From NCBI RefSeq assembly GCF_009914755.1, contig NC_060947.1: a stretch of DNA of 64,000 nt; one strand, 5' to 3'. The translations under genes were made by a program, and so were the position numbers. Origin of the DNA: the human T2T-CHM13v2.0 reference genome, Homo sapiens. The notes under the pieces are model-generated. The model was not told the origin of the DNA, ran no database searches, and saw nothing but the letters and a program-made list of their open reading frames with translations. Of the stretch, positions 27,756 to 50,360 are shown in pieces; within the stretch, counting starts at the first letter, position 1; each line of letters starts with the position of its first letter.

Positions 27756-30700
27756 TATGTACACAAACTGTGTACAAAATCTACAGGAAATGAATAAATT
27801 TCTGGAAACTCACAACCTTCCAAGATTGAATCAGGAAGAAATGGAAACTCTGAAGAGACCAATATTAAATTGGACAATTGAATCACTAATTTAAAAACCC
27901 ACCAACCAAATGAAGTCCTGGAACAGATAGATTCACAGTTGAATTCCATTAGACATACAAAGAAGAGTTGGTACCAATTCTACTGAAACTATTCCAATAA
28001 ATTGAAAAGGAGGGAACTCCCTTTTAACTCACTCTACAAAGCCAGAATTACACTGATGCCAAAATCGGGCAGAGACACAAGGAGAAAATAAAACTCTATG
28101 CCAATATCTCTGAAGAACATAAGGCAAAAGTGCTCAAGAAAATACTAGCAATCTGAATCTGGCAGCACATCAAAAACTTAATTTTCCATGCTCAAGTAGG
28201 CTTTATTCCTGGGATACAAGGTTGGTTCCACACATGCAAACCAATAAATACGATTCACCACATAAACAGAACTAATAACAAAAACCATAAAATCATCTCA
28301 ATATATGCAGGAAAAATCTTTCAATAAAATCCAACATCTCTTTATGACAAAAACCCTCAACAAAATTGGCGTTGAAGGAAAATATCTCAAAATAATAAGA
28401 GCCTTCTATGACAAACCTACAGCCAGCATCATACTGAATGGACAAAAGTTGAAAGTATTCTTCATAAGAACTGGAACAAGACAAGAATGCCCGCACTTTT
28501 ACTCAACATAGTACTGAAAGTCCTAGCCAGAGCAATAAGGCAAGAGAAAGAAATAAACGGCTTCCAAATAGTAAAAGAAGTCAAATCATCTTTCTTTCCT
28601 GACAAGGAATCTATACCTAAAGAAACCCCTAAAGACTACATTAAGAAGCAGGGAAAAGATGGCCAACTACACACAAACAGGAGCAACAATTGCCACCAAG
28701 AGACTAGGACTAGGATTACTAGCACACTTCTAACAGATCTCCAGAGGGAAGGCATAGAGAATGGACAGAGGGAAGACACTGAAGCTGGGCTGAAGTGGGA
28801 GGAAGCTGAGAACACTGCATGGGTCTACAGTGCACCAGGACTCATTTCTGGCCCCCAATGACTTTGGGGAAATGGGTGAATTGAACTGGGAAAAAGCAAG
28901 TTGCTCTCACCACAGGCCTCTGGAATTCTGGCAAGAGAAGACCCCTCAAACATCACAGACATTTGAGTTGGCAAAGAGAGCTGCTTAGAGAAGTGGTAAA
29001 GGCAGCATGTCAGTTGATATTGGTCCCAGAGTATTTGTTGCAGGAGCATCTGTAGCAGAGCATGGCCAGTGATGCCTATCCTCCTAGGCTCAATTTGCTC
29101 CCATAGGAGATTTTAGCCCTAGGGGAAATGTCAGACCTGAACTCTACAGGGTGATCTTGCTCATCAGACAAGGCCAGTCTGACCTGAGCACCCCTTGGTG
29201 TGCTGGGGTTTCCTGGGACCCCAGCCTGGATTTGCCTGTTTGCAGTGCTTTGGGGGCTCAGATCATAGCTCTTGCAATGATGAACCATGCCTGACTAGCA
29301 GAGAGCTCAAGTGGGGTGGCCCCCATGATCACACACAAGCCCACCCACTTCCTCTCTACACTACAGCTTCCCCCAGGCCCACGGCCACCCCCTGCATTGC
29401 TTTTCTGGCATGGTGGGGGGCTGGGTTTTGGCTTTAATGTTCTGATAGAGCATGTATGCACACACACCCTGACCTGTCACTACTGCTGGTGGGAGTGCAC
29501 TTCACCCCCACAACCAACATACCACCATTGCAGTCAGAGCCTTGATGGGCACAGAGCCCACCAGCACCCCAAACCCCTACCAGTGACCCGTTCCTGCACC
29601 AACACTGCTGCCAGAGTGAAACAAGTGAAAGAGAACAGTGAACCTTCCCTCACGTGAGTGACCACCCTTACCTCCATGAATGCACAGAGGGATCTCACAG
29701 AATGGCACCTGCCAGCTCCTTGCTTCTGTGCTAACACCACCACCAGAACAACCACTTACACAGTTGCCAGTGGGGGCATCCTGATTACTTGAGCCATGCT
29801 GCCTCCACTACTGCTGTGAACACCCACACATACACATGTATCTCAGCACCTGATGGCACCCTGCCACAGCCAACAATCATGCACCACATTGTCCTAACAC
29901 TGCCACTGCTGCTGACACATGCAAAATGGATCCTGCTGCCACTACCCTATGAAACACTCTGGCTAGGACCACCCATCAGAGTGTAGTTACCAGTGGTCTG
30001 GCAGCACCTCCATTCCCCAATGCAGTGGGTTTCTAACCTCAAGGAGCCAAAGAACAAAATTAGGGCCCAATACAGGTCTCCCAGATTTAGAGCAGGCAGT
30101 TCAGGAGTTAGGAGCTTAGCCATGGTTCCCTAAAATCTTCCAGAAATGAAACAAATCAACTGAACCTACCTTATATCACAATCACACCCTCAAGGTCACC
30201 AATTAGGATAAAAGAAAAAAACTCATCCAAAGGATAGCAACTTCAAGTATTGAAGGAACATCAACCCACAAAGATGAGAAAGAACCAGTGCAAGGACTGT
30301 GACAACTCAAAAAGCCAGAGTGCCTTCTTTCCTCAAATGACCAAACTACCTCTCCAGCAAGGGTTCTGAACAAGGCTGAAGTAGCTGAAATGACAGAAAT
30401 AAAATTCAGAATATGAATAGGAACAAAGATCATTGAGATGCAGAATATGTTGAAACCCAATCTAAGGAAGCTAAAAATCAAAATAAAATGGCCCAGGAGC
30501 TTACAGACAAAATAGCCAGAATAGAAAAGAATGTAACCCACCTGATAGAGCTAAAAAAACACACTACAAGAATTTTATAATGCAATCAAAAGTATTAATA
30601 GCAGAATAGACCAAGCTGAGGAGAGAATCTCGGAGCTTGAAGACTGGCTTTCTGAAATAAGACAGTCAGACAAGAATAGAGAAAAAAGAATGAAAAGGAA

Positions 30701-33700
30701 CAAATAAAACCTCTGAGAAATATAGAATTATGTAATAAGCCCAATACTATGACTCATTGGTGTCTCTGAATGAGATGGGGAAAATGGAAGAAACATGGAA
30801 AACATATTTCAGAATATCATCCATGAGAACTTTCCCAATGTAGATACAGAGGCCAACATTCAAATTAAAGAAATGTAGAAAACCCCAGTAACATACTTCA
30901 CATGAAGATCATCCCCAAGACATATAACCATCAGATTTTCCAAGGTCAAAATGAAAGAAAAAATGTTAAAGTCAGCTATAGAGAAAGCTCAGGTCACCGA
31001 CAAAGAGAAGCCTATCAGACTAAGAGTGGACCTCTCAGCTGAAATCATACAAGCCAGAAGAGACTAGGGCCCAATATTAAACATTTTTAAAGGAAAGAAA
31101 TTTCATCCAAGAATTTCATGTCTGGCCAAACTAAACTTCATAAGCAAAGGTAGAATAAGAGCGTTTTCAAACAATCAAATACTGAGGGAATTAGTTACCA
31201 CCAGACCTGCCTTACAACAACTCCTGAAAAAAGCACTAAATACGGAAAGGAAAGACTGTTACCAGCCACTACAAAAGCACACTTAAGTACACAGATCAGT
31301 GACCCTATAAAGCAACCACAAAAAAAAAAAAATCTGGATAATAACCAATGAACATCATGATGACAGGATCAAATCCACATATATCAGTACTAACTTTGAA
31401 TGTAAACAAGATAAATTCCCCAATTAAATGGCACAGAGTGGCTACCTGAATGTATACAAGCTAAATTCCCCAATTAAATGTCACAGAGTGGCTACCTGGA
31501 TAAAGAACCAAGACCCAATAATATGCTGTCTTCAACAGACCAGTCTCACATGGAATGACAAACACAGGCTAAAAATAAAGGTATAGAGAAAGATCTACCA
31601 AGCAAATGAAAGGCAGAAAAAAACAGGAGTTGCAGTCCTAATTTCAGAAAATGACAGACTTTAAACCAACAAAGATCAAAAAATGACAAAGAAGGGCATT
31701 ACATGATGGTAAAGGGTTCAGTTCAACAAGGAGACCTAACCATCTTAAATATGTATGCACCCAACACAGGAGCACCTGGATTTAGAAAGCATATTCAGGA
31801 CTTGAACTCAGCACTGGATCAAATGGGGCTGATAGACATCTACAGAACTCTTCACCCCAAAACAACAGAATGTAGATACATTATTCTCATCTCCACATGG
31901 CACATACTCTAAAATCGACCACGTAATTGGACATAAAACACTCTTTAGCAAATGAAAAAGAACTGAAATCATAACAACCACTCTCTTGGAACACAGCACA
32001 ATATAATTAGAAGTCAAGACTAAGAAAATAGCTCAAAATCATAAAACTACATGGAAATTGAATAACCTGCCCCTGAATTACTTTTGAGTAAATAACAAAA
32101 GGCAGAAATCAACAAGTTCTTTGAAACTAATGAGAACACAGATACAACATAGTGGAATCTCTGGGACAAAGCTAAGGTAGCACTAAGAGGAAAATTTATA
32201 GCACTAAATGCCCACATCCAAAAATTAGAAAGATCTCAATTTAACAACCTAACATCACAACTAAAGGAACTAGAGAACAAAGAGCAGAGCAAACCAAACC
32301 CAAAGCTAACAGAAGACAAGAAATAATCAAAATCAGAGCTGAATTGCAGGAGACTGAGACAAAAAAAAAAAAAAAATTCAAAAGATCCAGGAATCCAAGA
32401 GTTTGTTTTTTAGAAAATTAATAAAATAGGTACATGACTAGCTAGACTAACAAAGAAGAAAAGGAAGACATTCCAAATGAATACAATTAGAAACAACAAA
32501 GGAGATACTACCACTTACCCCACAGAAATACAAATAACCATCAGAGAATATTATAAACACCTCTATGGAAACAAACTAGAAAATCTAGAAAAAATGGATA
32601 AATTCCTGGACACATACACCCTCCCAAAACTGAACCTGGGAGAAATTGAATCCCTCAAGAGACCAATAATAAGTTCTGAAGTTGGTTCAGTAATAAATGG
32701 CCTACAAACAAATTTTAAAAAAAATAAAGCCCAATACCATACTGACTCAGTCAAGCTCTGCCCAGATGTATAAAGAAGAGCTGGTACCATTCCTACCAAA
32801 ACTATTCAAAATAATTAAGGAGGAGGGACTCTTTCCTAACTCATTCTATGAGGACAGCATCATCCTGATACCAAAACCTGTCAAAGATACAGCAACAACA
32901 ATAAAAACTTCAGCCAATATCCTTGATGAACATTGATGCAAAAATCCACAACAAAATAGTGGCAAAGTGAATCTAGCAGGACATCAAAAAGCTTATCTGA
33001 CACCATCAGGAAAGCCTTATCCCTGGAATAAACAGTTGGTTCACTACACACAAATCAAGAAATGTGATTCATCACCAAACAGAACTAAAGACAAAAGCCA
33101 CATGACTATCTCAAAAGATGCAGAAAACGATTTTGATAACATTTAACACCGCTTCATTTTAAAAACTCATTATAAAGCATTTATTGAAAGAACATACATG
33201 AAAATAATGAGCCATTTATAATAAACCTACAGCCAACATCATACTTAAGGGGAAAAAGCTGGAAGCATTCCCCTTGAAAACCAGCACAAGACAAGGATGC
33301 CCTCTGTCATCACTCCTATTCAGCATAGTATTGGAGGTTCTCACCAGATCCATAAGGCAAGAGAAAGAAATTAAGGACATCCAAACAGGAAGAAAGAAAG
33401 TCAAATGATCCCTGTTTGGAGATGATATGGTTATACATCTACAACATCCCAATCCCATAGTCTTAGCCCAAAAGCTTTTTAAGCTGATGAACAAATTCAG
33501 TGAAACCTCAGGATAGAAAATTGATGTAAAAAATAACTAGAATTTTTATACACCAATGACGGTCAAGCCAAGAGCCACATCAGGAACACAGTTTCATTCA
33601 CAATTGCCACAAAAAGAATAAAATATCTAGGAATACTGCTAACCAGGGAGTTGAAAGATTTCTGCAATGAGAACTGCAAAACAATGCTCAAAGAAATCAG

Positions 33701-36230
33701 AGATGATGCAAACAAATAGGAAAACATTCCATGCTCATGTTTAGGAAGAATTGATATCGTTAAAATGGCCACAGTGCCCAAAGCAATTTATAGATCCAAT
33801 GCTATTCCTATCAAACTGCAATGACATTCTTCATAGAACTATAAAAAGCTAGGTTACAGTAACCAAAACAGAATGGTACTGGTACAAAAACAGACACATA
33901 GACCAATGGAACAGAATGGAGATCCCAGAAATAAGGCTGCACACCTAAGTCATATGATCTTCAGCAAAACTGATAAAAACAAGCTATGGGAAAAGGACTC
34001 CCTATTCACCAAATGGTACTTGGATAACTGGCAATCCATATGCAGAAGATTGAAACTAGAACCATTTCTTACACCATATACAAAATCAACTCAAGATTAA
34101 TTAAAAACTTTAATGTAAAACCAAAACTATAAAAATTCTCAAAGACAGCCTCAGCATTACCATTCAGGACAAAAGAATGGGAAATGATTTCATGATGAAG
34201 ACACCAAAAGTGAATGCAATGAAAGCAAAAACTGAAAACTGAGATATAAACTAAAGAGCTTCTGCAAAGCAAAAGAAACTGTCAACAGAGTAAACAGACA
34301 ACCTACAAATGGGAGAACATTTTTGCAAACTATGCATCTGACAAAGTTCTAATATCCAGAATCTATCAGAAACATAAATTTACAAGGAAAAAACAACCTC
34401 ATTAAAAGTGGACAAAGGACATGAACAGACACTTTTTAAAAGACATACATGAGGTCAACAAGCATATGAGGAAAAGCTCAACATCACTCATCATTAGAGA
34501 ATGCAAATCAAAACCACAATGAGATACCATCTCACACCAGTCAAAATGGCTATTAAAAAGGCTAAAAATAACAGATGCTGCTGAGATTGCAGAGGAAAAG
34601 GAACAAGTGTACTGTTAGTGATAGAGTAAATTAGTTCAACCATTGTGGAAAGTGGTGTGTCATTTCCACGAAGAGCTAAAAACAGTAATACCATTCAACT
34701 TAGCAATCTCATTACTGGGTATATATACAAAGGAATGTAAGTCATTGTATCATAAAGACACATGCATGCATATGTACATTGCAGCACTATTCACAATAAC
34801 AAAGACGTGGACTCAACCTAAGAGCTTGTCAGTGGTAGACTGGATCAAGCAAATGTGGTACATATACACCATGGAATGCTATGCAGCCATAAAAAAGAAT
34901 GAGATCATGTCATTTGCAGAAACATGTATGGAGTTGGGGTCCATTATTTTTAGCAAACTTACACAGAAACAGAAAACCAAATATAGCTTGTTCTCACTTA
35001 TAATTTGAGCTAAATGATAACACACGGGCAAATAGACGGAAACAACAGACAGTAAGGCCTACTGGAGGGTGGAGTGTGGGAGGAGGGAGAAGATCAGGAA
35101 AAATAACTAATGGGTACTAGGCTTAATACATGGGTGACAAAATAATCTGTACAACACATCCCCATGACATGAGTTTAGGTACATAAAAAATCTGCACATG
35201 TACTCTGACCTTAAAATAAAAAATAAATAAAGTTTAAGCAATAAAAAAGAAAGACTCCACCAAAAATCTCTTAGAACTGATAAATGATTCCATAAAACTT
35301 CATGATACAAAATTAATGTACAAAATTTGGTAACATTTCTTTACATCAACAGTGCTCAAGTGAGAGCCAAATCAAGAATGTGTTTCTATTTACAATAGTC
35401 ACACAAAAATATTCCTAGGAATACATCTAATCAAAGAAGTGAATGATCTCTCCATGAAGAACTACAAAACACTGCTAAAAGAAATTATTGATGACAAAAA
35501 CAAATGGAAAAACATTCCCTGTTCATGGACTGGAAAAAAAATCAATATTGTTAAAATGCTCATACAACCCAAAGCAATATACAGACTCAAACTATTCCTA
35601 TCAAACTTTTAATGTCATTTTTCACAGAATAGAAAAAAATATTTTAAAATTCATATGGAACCAAAGAAACACCCAAATGGCCAAAGCAATGCTAAGCAAA
35701 AAGAACAAACCCAGAAGCACCTTGTTACCTGACTTCAAACTATACTATAAGGCTACAGTAACCAAAACAGAATGGTACTAGTAAAAAAAAAAAAAAAATA
35801 CACATAGAATAATGGAACAGAATACATAAACCAGCAGTAAAACCACATTCCTACAACCATCTAATCTTTGACAAACTCAATAAAAGCAAGCAATGGGGAA
35901 AGGAATCCTATTCAATAAATTTTGCTGGAATACCTGGTTAGCAATATGCAGAAGAATGAAACTGCACCCCTATCTTTCACTATATACAAAAAGTAACTCA
36001 AGATGATTCAAAGATTTAAATGTAGACCTCAAATTATAAAAATCCTAGAAAAAAACCCCAAAATTATCATTTTTTACATTCTGTACAAAAAATTTATGAC
36101 CAAGTCCTCAAAAGCAATTGTAACAAAACCAAAAATTGACAGGTGGGTCCTAATTAAACTAAAGAGCTTTTAGACAGCAAAATAAACTATCAACAGAGTA
36201 AATAGACAACCTACAGAAGTGGAGAAAAAT
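27756..36230 (+). mobile_element. Old L1 ORF2 host (27756-28640 and 35250-36230)
   Basis: ORF2 peptides [33 protein letters not shown]; resumes at AAAGACTCCACCAAAAATCTCTTAGAACTG. Confidence 0.8.
28641..35249 (+). mobile_element. Full-length but degenerate old L1 (L1PA13-16/L1PREC-like) with long 5'UTR
   Basis: 5' end GGGAAAAGATGGCC; GC-richer 5'UTR to ~30250; ORF1, ORF2 and 3'UTR with A-tail; approximate TSD AAAGACTACA (28631) / AAAGACTCCA (35250). Confidence 0.85.
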
Positions 36231-36231
36231 T

Positions 36232-42022
<5,791 letters not shown>

Positions 42023-42365
42023 AGGGAAGTGATAGCCCACGGGTATAGGTTTCTTTTCGGGGGTGATAAAATCTTTTTGGAATTAAATAGTGATAATAGT
42101 TTTACAATTCTCTATATACTAAAACTCACTAAGCTTTATACATGCATATGTTTTTACTGTGCTTCACTTCCTTATGTTTCCCAGATGCTGCCTTTTTTAC
42201 AAATTGAAGGTTTGTAACAATCCTGTGTTGAGCAAGTCTATTGGCACCATTTTTCCAACAATGTATGCTCACTTCATGTCTCTGTGTCACATTTTGGTTA
42301 TTCTCACAGTATTTGAAACTTTTTCACCATCATTGTATCTGTTATGGTGATCTGCGATAAGAGAT

Positions 42366-42678
<313 letters not shown>

Positions 42679-44840
42679 GCGATAAGTGATCTTTGATATT
42701 ACAATTGCTATTGTTTTGGGATGCCATGGACTGCACCCATATACGACAGGGTACTTAATAAATGTGTGTGTTCTGAAACACACAACAAAAACAAAAACAG
42801 AGATCACTTCCTCTACTAACCAACTGTTCCCTCATATCTCCCCCTCTTTTTGGGCATCCCTATTCTCTGTGGCAAAACAGTGTTGATATTAGCTCAATTA
42901 ATAATCCTACAATTAGTGTTCAAGTGAAAGGAAGAGTCAGTCGCACGTCTCTAACCTTAGAACAAACACTAGACATCATTAAACTTAATGAGGAAGGCAT
43001 GTTGACAACCAAGATAGCAAGGCTCTTGCACCAAACATTCAGCCAAGTTGTGAATGCAAAGGAAAGATTTGAATATAATTAAAACTGCTAGTTTTTCTTC
43101 ATACCCCAGTGACGCCTGGAATGCCAGTGAGACAGAACTGTTCACTCCCCTGGAAAGGGGTCTGAAGCCAGGGAGTCAAGTGGTCTAGATCAGCGGATCC
43201 CATCACCATGGAGCCAAGCAAGCTAAGATCCACTGGCTTGAAATTCTCACTGCCAGCACAGCAGTCTGAAGTCGACCTGGGACACTCGAGCTTGGTGTGG
43301 GGAGGGGTGTCCACCATTACTGAGGCTTGAGTAGGCAGTTTTCCCCTCACAGTGTAAACAAAGTCACCGGGAAGTTCAAACTGGGCAGAGCCCACCACAG
43401 TTTGGCAAAGCCACTGTAGCCAGACTGCCTCTCTAGATTCCTCCTCTCTGGGCAGGGCATCTCAGGAAGAATGGCAGCAGCCCCAGTCAGGGGCTTATAG
43501 ATAAAACTCCCATCTCCCTGGGACAGAGCACCTAGGGGAAGGGGCGGTTGTGGGCGCAGCTTCAACAAACTTAAACGTTCCTACCTGTCGGCTTTGAAGG
43601 GAGAGCACCAGATCTCCCAGCACAGCGCTCGAGCTCTGCTAAGGGACAGGCTGTCTCCTCAAGTGGGTCCCTAACTCCTGTGTATCCTGATGAGGAGACA
43701 CCTCCCAGCAGGGGTCGACAGACATCTTGTACAGGAGAGCTGGCATCTGGCCGGTGCCCCTTTAGTACAAAGCTTCCAAAGGAAGAAACAGGCAGCAATC
43801 TTTGCTGTTCTGCAACATCTGCTGGTGATACCCAGGCAAACAGTCTGGAGTGGACCTCCAGCAAACTCCAGCAGACCTGCAGCAGAGGGGCCTGACTTTT
43901 AGAAGGAAAACTAACAAACAGAAAGTAATAGCATCAACATCAACAAAAAGGACGTCCACACAGAAACACCATCCGAAGTTCACCAACATCAAAGACCAAA
44001 GGTAGATAAATCCATGAAAATGAGGAAAAACCAGCGCAAAAAGTCTGAAAATTCCAAAAAGCAGAATGCCTCTTCTCCCCCAAAGGATCACAACTCCTCA
44101 CCAGCAAGGGAACAAAACTGGACGGAGAATGAGTTTGATGAATTGACAGAATTAGGCTTCAGAAGATGGGTAATAACAAACTCCTCTGAGCTAAAGGAGC
44201 CTGTTCTAACCCAATTCAAGGAAGCTAAGAACCTTGAAAAAAGGTTAGAGGTATTGCTAACTAGAATAACCAGTTTAGAGAAGAAAATAAATGACCTGAT
44301 GGAGCTGAAAAACACAGCACAAGAATTTCATAAAGCATTCACATATATAAACAGCCAAATTGATAAAGTGGAAGAAAGGATATCAGAGATTGAAGACCAA
44401 CTTAATGAAATAAAGCTTGAAGACAAGATTAGAGAAAAAAAATGAGAAGGAATGAACAAAGCCTCCAAGAAATATGGGACTATGGGAAACGACCAAACCT
44501 ACATTTGATTTTTGTACCTGAAAGTGATGGGGAGAATGGAACCAAGTTGGAAAACACTCTTCAGGATGTTATTCAGGAGAACTTCCCCAACCTAGCAAGA
44601 CAGGCCAACATTCAAATTCAGGAAATACAGAGGACACCACAAAGATAATCCTTGAGAAGAGCAACCCCAAGACACATGATCGTCAGATTCACCAAGGTTG
44701 AAATGAAGAAAAAAATGTTAAGGGCAGCCAGAGACAAAGGTTGGGTTACCTACAAAGGGAAGCCCATCAGACTAATAGTGGATCTCGCTGCAGAAACCCT
44801 ACAAGCCAGAAGAGAGTGGGGGTCAATATTCAACATTCTT

Positions 44841-47059
<2,219 letters not shown>

Positions 47060-49869
47060 TTCAACATTCTTAAAGAAAATAATTTTCCACTCAGAATTTC
47101 ATACCCAGCCAAACTAGCTTCATAAGCAAAGGAGAAATAAAATCCTTTACAGACAAGCAAATGCTGAGAGATTTTGTCACCACCAGGCCTGCCTTGCAAG
47201 AGCTCCTAAAGGAAGCACTAAATATGGAAAGGAAAAATTGGTACCAGTCACTGCAAAAACACATCAAATTGTAAAGGCCGTAAACACTATGAAGAAACTG
47301 CATCAACTAATGTGCAAAATAACCAGCTAGCATCATAATGACAGGGTCAAATTAACACATAACAATATTAACCTTAAGTGTAAATGAGCTAAATGCCCCA
47401 ATTAAAAGATACAGTCTGGCAAATTGGATAAAAAGTCAAGACCCATTGGTGTGCAGTATTCAGGAGACCCATCTCATGTGCAAAGACACACATAGGCTCA
47501 AAATAAAGGAATGGATGAATATTAACAAAGCAAATGGAAAGTAAAAAAAAAAAAACAGCCCTTGCAATCCTAGTCTCTGATAAAGCAGATATTAAACCAA
47601 CAAAGATCAAAAAAGACAAAGAAGGGCATTACATAATGGTAAAGGGATCAATGCAGTAAAAAGAGCTAACCATCCTAAATATATATGCACCCAATACAAG
47701 AGTACCCAGATTCATGAAGCAAGTTCTTAAGATCTACAAAAAGACTTAGACTCCCACACAATAATAGTGGGAGACTTTAACACTGCACTGTCAATATGAG
47801 ACAGAAACTCAACAATGATATTCAGGACTTAAACTCGGCTCTGGACCAAGCAGACCTAATAGATATCTACAGAACTCTCCACCCAAAGTCAACAGAATAT
47901 ACATTCTTCTCAGCACCATATCGCACTTATTCTATAATTGACAACATAATTGGAAGTAAAACGCTCCTCAGCAAATGCAAAAGAACGGAAATCATAAAAA
48001 ACAGTCTCTCGGACCACAGTGCAATCAAATCAGAACTCAGGATTAAGAAACTCACTCAAAACCGCACAACTACATGGAAACTGAACAACCTGCTCCTGAA
48101 TGACAACTGGGTAAATAACGAAATTAAGGCAGAAATAAAGATGTTCTTTGAAACCAACGAGAACAAGGAAAAAACGTACCAGAATCTCTGGGGCACATTT
48201 AAAGCAGTGTGTAGAGGGAAACTTATAGCACTAAATGCCCACAAGAGAAAGCAGGAAATATCTAAAATCGACACCCTAACATCACAATTAAAAGAACTAG
48301 AAAAGCATGAGCAAACAAATTCAAAAGCTAGCAGAAGGCAAGCTTTTCAACAGATTTTCAATGTAGACGAAACAGCCCTGTACTGAAAGAAGCTGCCACC
48401 TAGGACTTATATACCTAGACAGGAGAAGTCATTTCCTGGCTTTAAAACTTCAAAGGACAGGCTGACTTCTTTGTTAGGAGATAATGCAGCTGGTGACTTT
48501 AATTTGAAGCCAGTGCTCATTTTCCATTTTGAAAATTTTAGTGCCCTTAAGAGTTATGCTAAATCTACTCTGCTTATTCTCTATAAATGGAACAACCAAG
48601 TCCATATAACAGCATATCTGTTTACAGCACTACAACATGGTTTATTGAACATTTTAGGCCTACTGTTGAGACTGCCTCAGAAAAAAAAAAATCCTTTCAA
48701 GATATTACTTCTATTGAAAATGCATCTAGTCACGCAAGAGCTCTGATGGAGATGTATAAGAAGATTGATGCTGCTTTCTTTCCTGCTATATGGCATTCAT
48801 CCTGCAGCCTAGAGATCAAGGAGTAATATTGATTTTCAAGTCCTATTATTTAAGAAATACATTTCATAAGGCTATGGTTGCTAGAGATAATGATTCATCT
48901 GATGAACCTGGGAAAAAGTAAATTAAAAACCTTCTGGAAGTGATTCACCATTCTCGCCATTAAGAACTTGTGCACTTCATGGGAGGAGGACAAAATATCA
49001 ACATTAACAGGAGTTTGGAATAAGTTGATTCCAACCCCATGGATGACTTTGAGGGGATCAAGACTTCACTGGAAAAAATAACTGCAGATTTGGTGGAAAT
49101 AGCAAGAAAACTAGAATTAGAAGCTGAGCCAGAAGATGTAACAGAATTGCTGCAGTCTCATGATAAAACTTTTTAATAAATGAGGAATTGCTTTTTATGT
49201 ATGAGCAAAGAAAGCAGTTTCTTGGAATGAAATCTACTCCTGGTGGAGATGCTGTGAGCATTGTTGAAATTACAACAAACGATTTAGAATATTACATAAA
49301 CTTATTTGATAAAGTGGCGGTGGGGTTTGAGAACATAGACTTTAATTTTGAAAGAAGTACTGCTGTGGATAAAATGTTATCAACCAGAATCACATGCTGT
49401 AGAGAAATGGTATAAAAGAAAGAGCCAATGAATTTTGCAAACTTTATTGTTTTCTAAATTTAAGAAATTGCCACAGCTACCTCATTCTTCAGGCGCCACC
49501 ACCCTGATCATTCAGCAGCCATAAACATCAAGGCAAGACCCTCCATCAGTAAAAAGATTACAACTCACTGAAGGTTCAGATGATTGTTAGCATTTTCAGG
49601 CAAGCAATAAAATATTTTCAAAAAAGTGTGCATTTTTTAGACATAATGCTATTGCACACTTCATACACTACAATAGAGTGTAAACATAACTTTTAAATGA
49701 AATAGAAAACTAAAAAATCATGTGAGTCACTTTATTGTGATATTTACGTTGTTACAATATTTGCTTTCTTGTAGTGGTCTGGAACTGAATATGCAATATT
49801 TTCAAGGTATTCTTGTACTTTAACTGGATGAATTGTATGTTATATGAATTAAACTTCAATAAACCTGTT

Positions 49870-50360
49870 TTGTGAAAATTCAACAATAAGAAAACAATTT
49901 TAAAAACACAAAATATTTGAATAGACACTTCACCATAAAAGAGATAGCAATAGCAAATAAATGCAGGAAAAGAAGCTCAGTATCATTAGCTATTGGGGGA
50001 ATGCAAATTAAAACCACAATGAGATACTACCACTTACCTATTACAATGGCTTAAAAATGGACCATATAAAACAATAGCAAGGATATAGAGCAATTAGAAC
50101 TCCTACAAACGCTGCAGATGGAAATATAAATTGATACAACTACTTTGGAAAACAGTTTGGCAGCTTCTTAAGTTAATCATACAACTACCATATGGATCAG
50201 TCATTTCATTCTTAGATATTTAATCAAGGCAAATAAAAGAATATATCTACACAAAGGCTTGTATACAAATAATGATAGCAACTTAATTTGTAAAACTGGA
50301 AATAACTCAAAGGTTCATCACAGTTGAATGAGTGAACAAATTGTGGTATATGCATTCTAT
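49870..50360 (+). mobile_element. Old L1M ORF2 3' fragment
   Basis: AATGCAAATTAAAACCACAATGAGATACTACC...ACTTTGGAAAACAGTTTGGCAG. Confidence 0.75.

Noticed and set aside
31399-31498. 50-bp tandem duplication at the L1 ORF2 start
   Set aside because: Ordinary two-copy duplication in a dead L1
28641-35249. Full-length L1 as a possibly active element
   Set aside because: Many stops, frameshifts and internal deletions (near 31790 and 33850)
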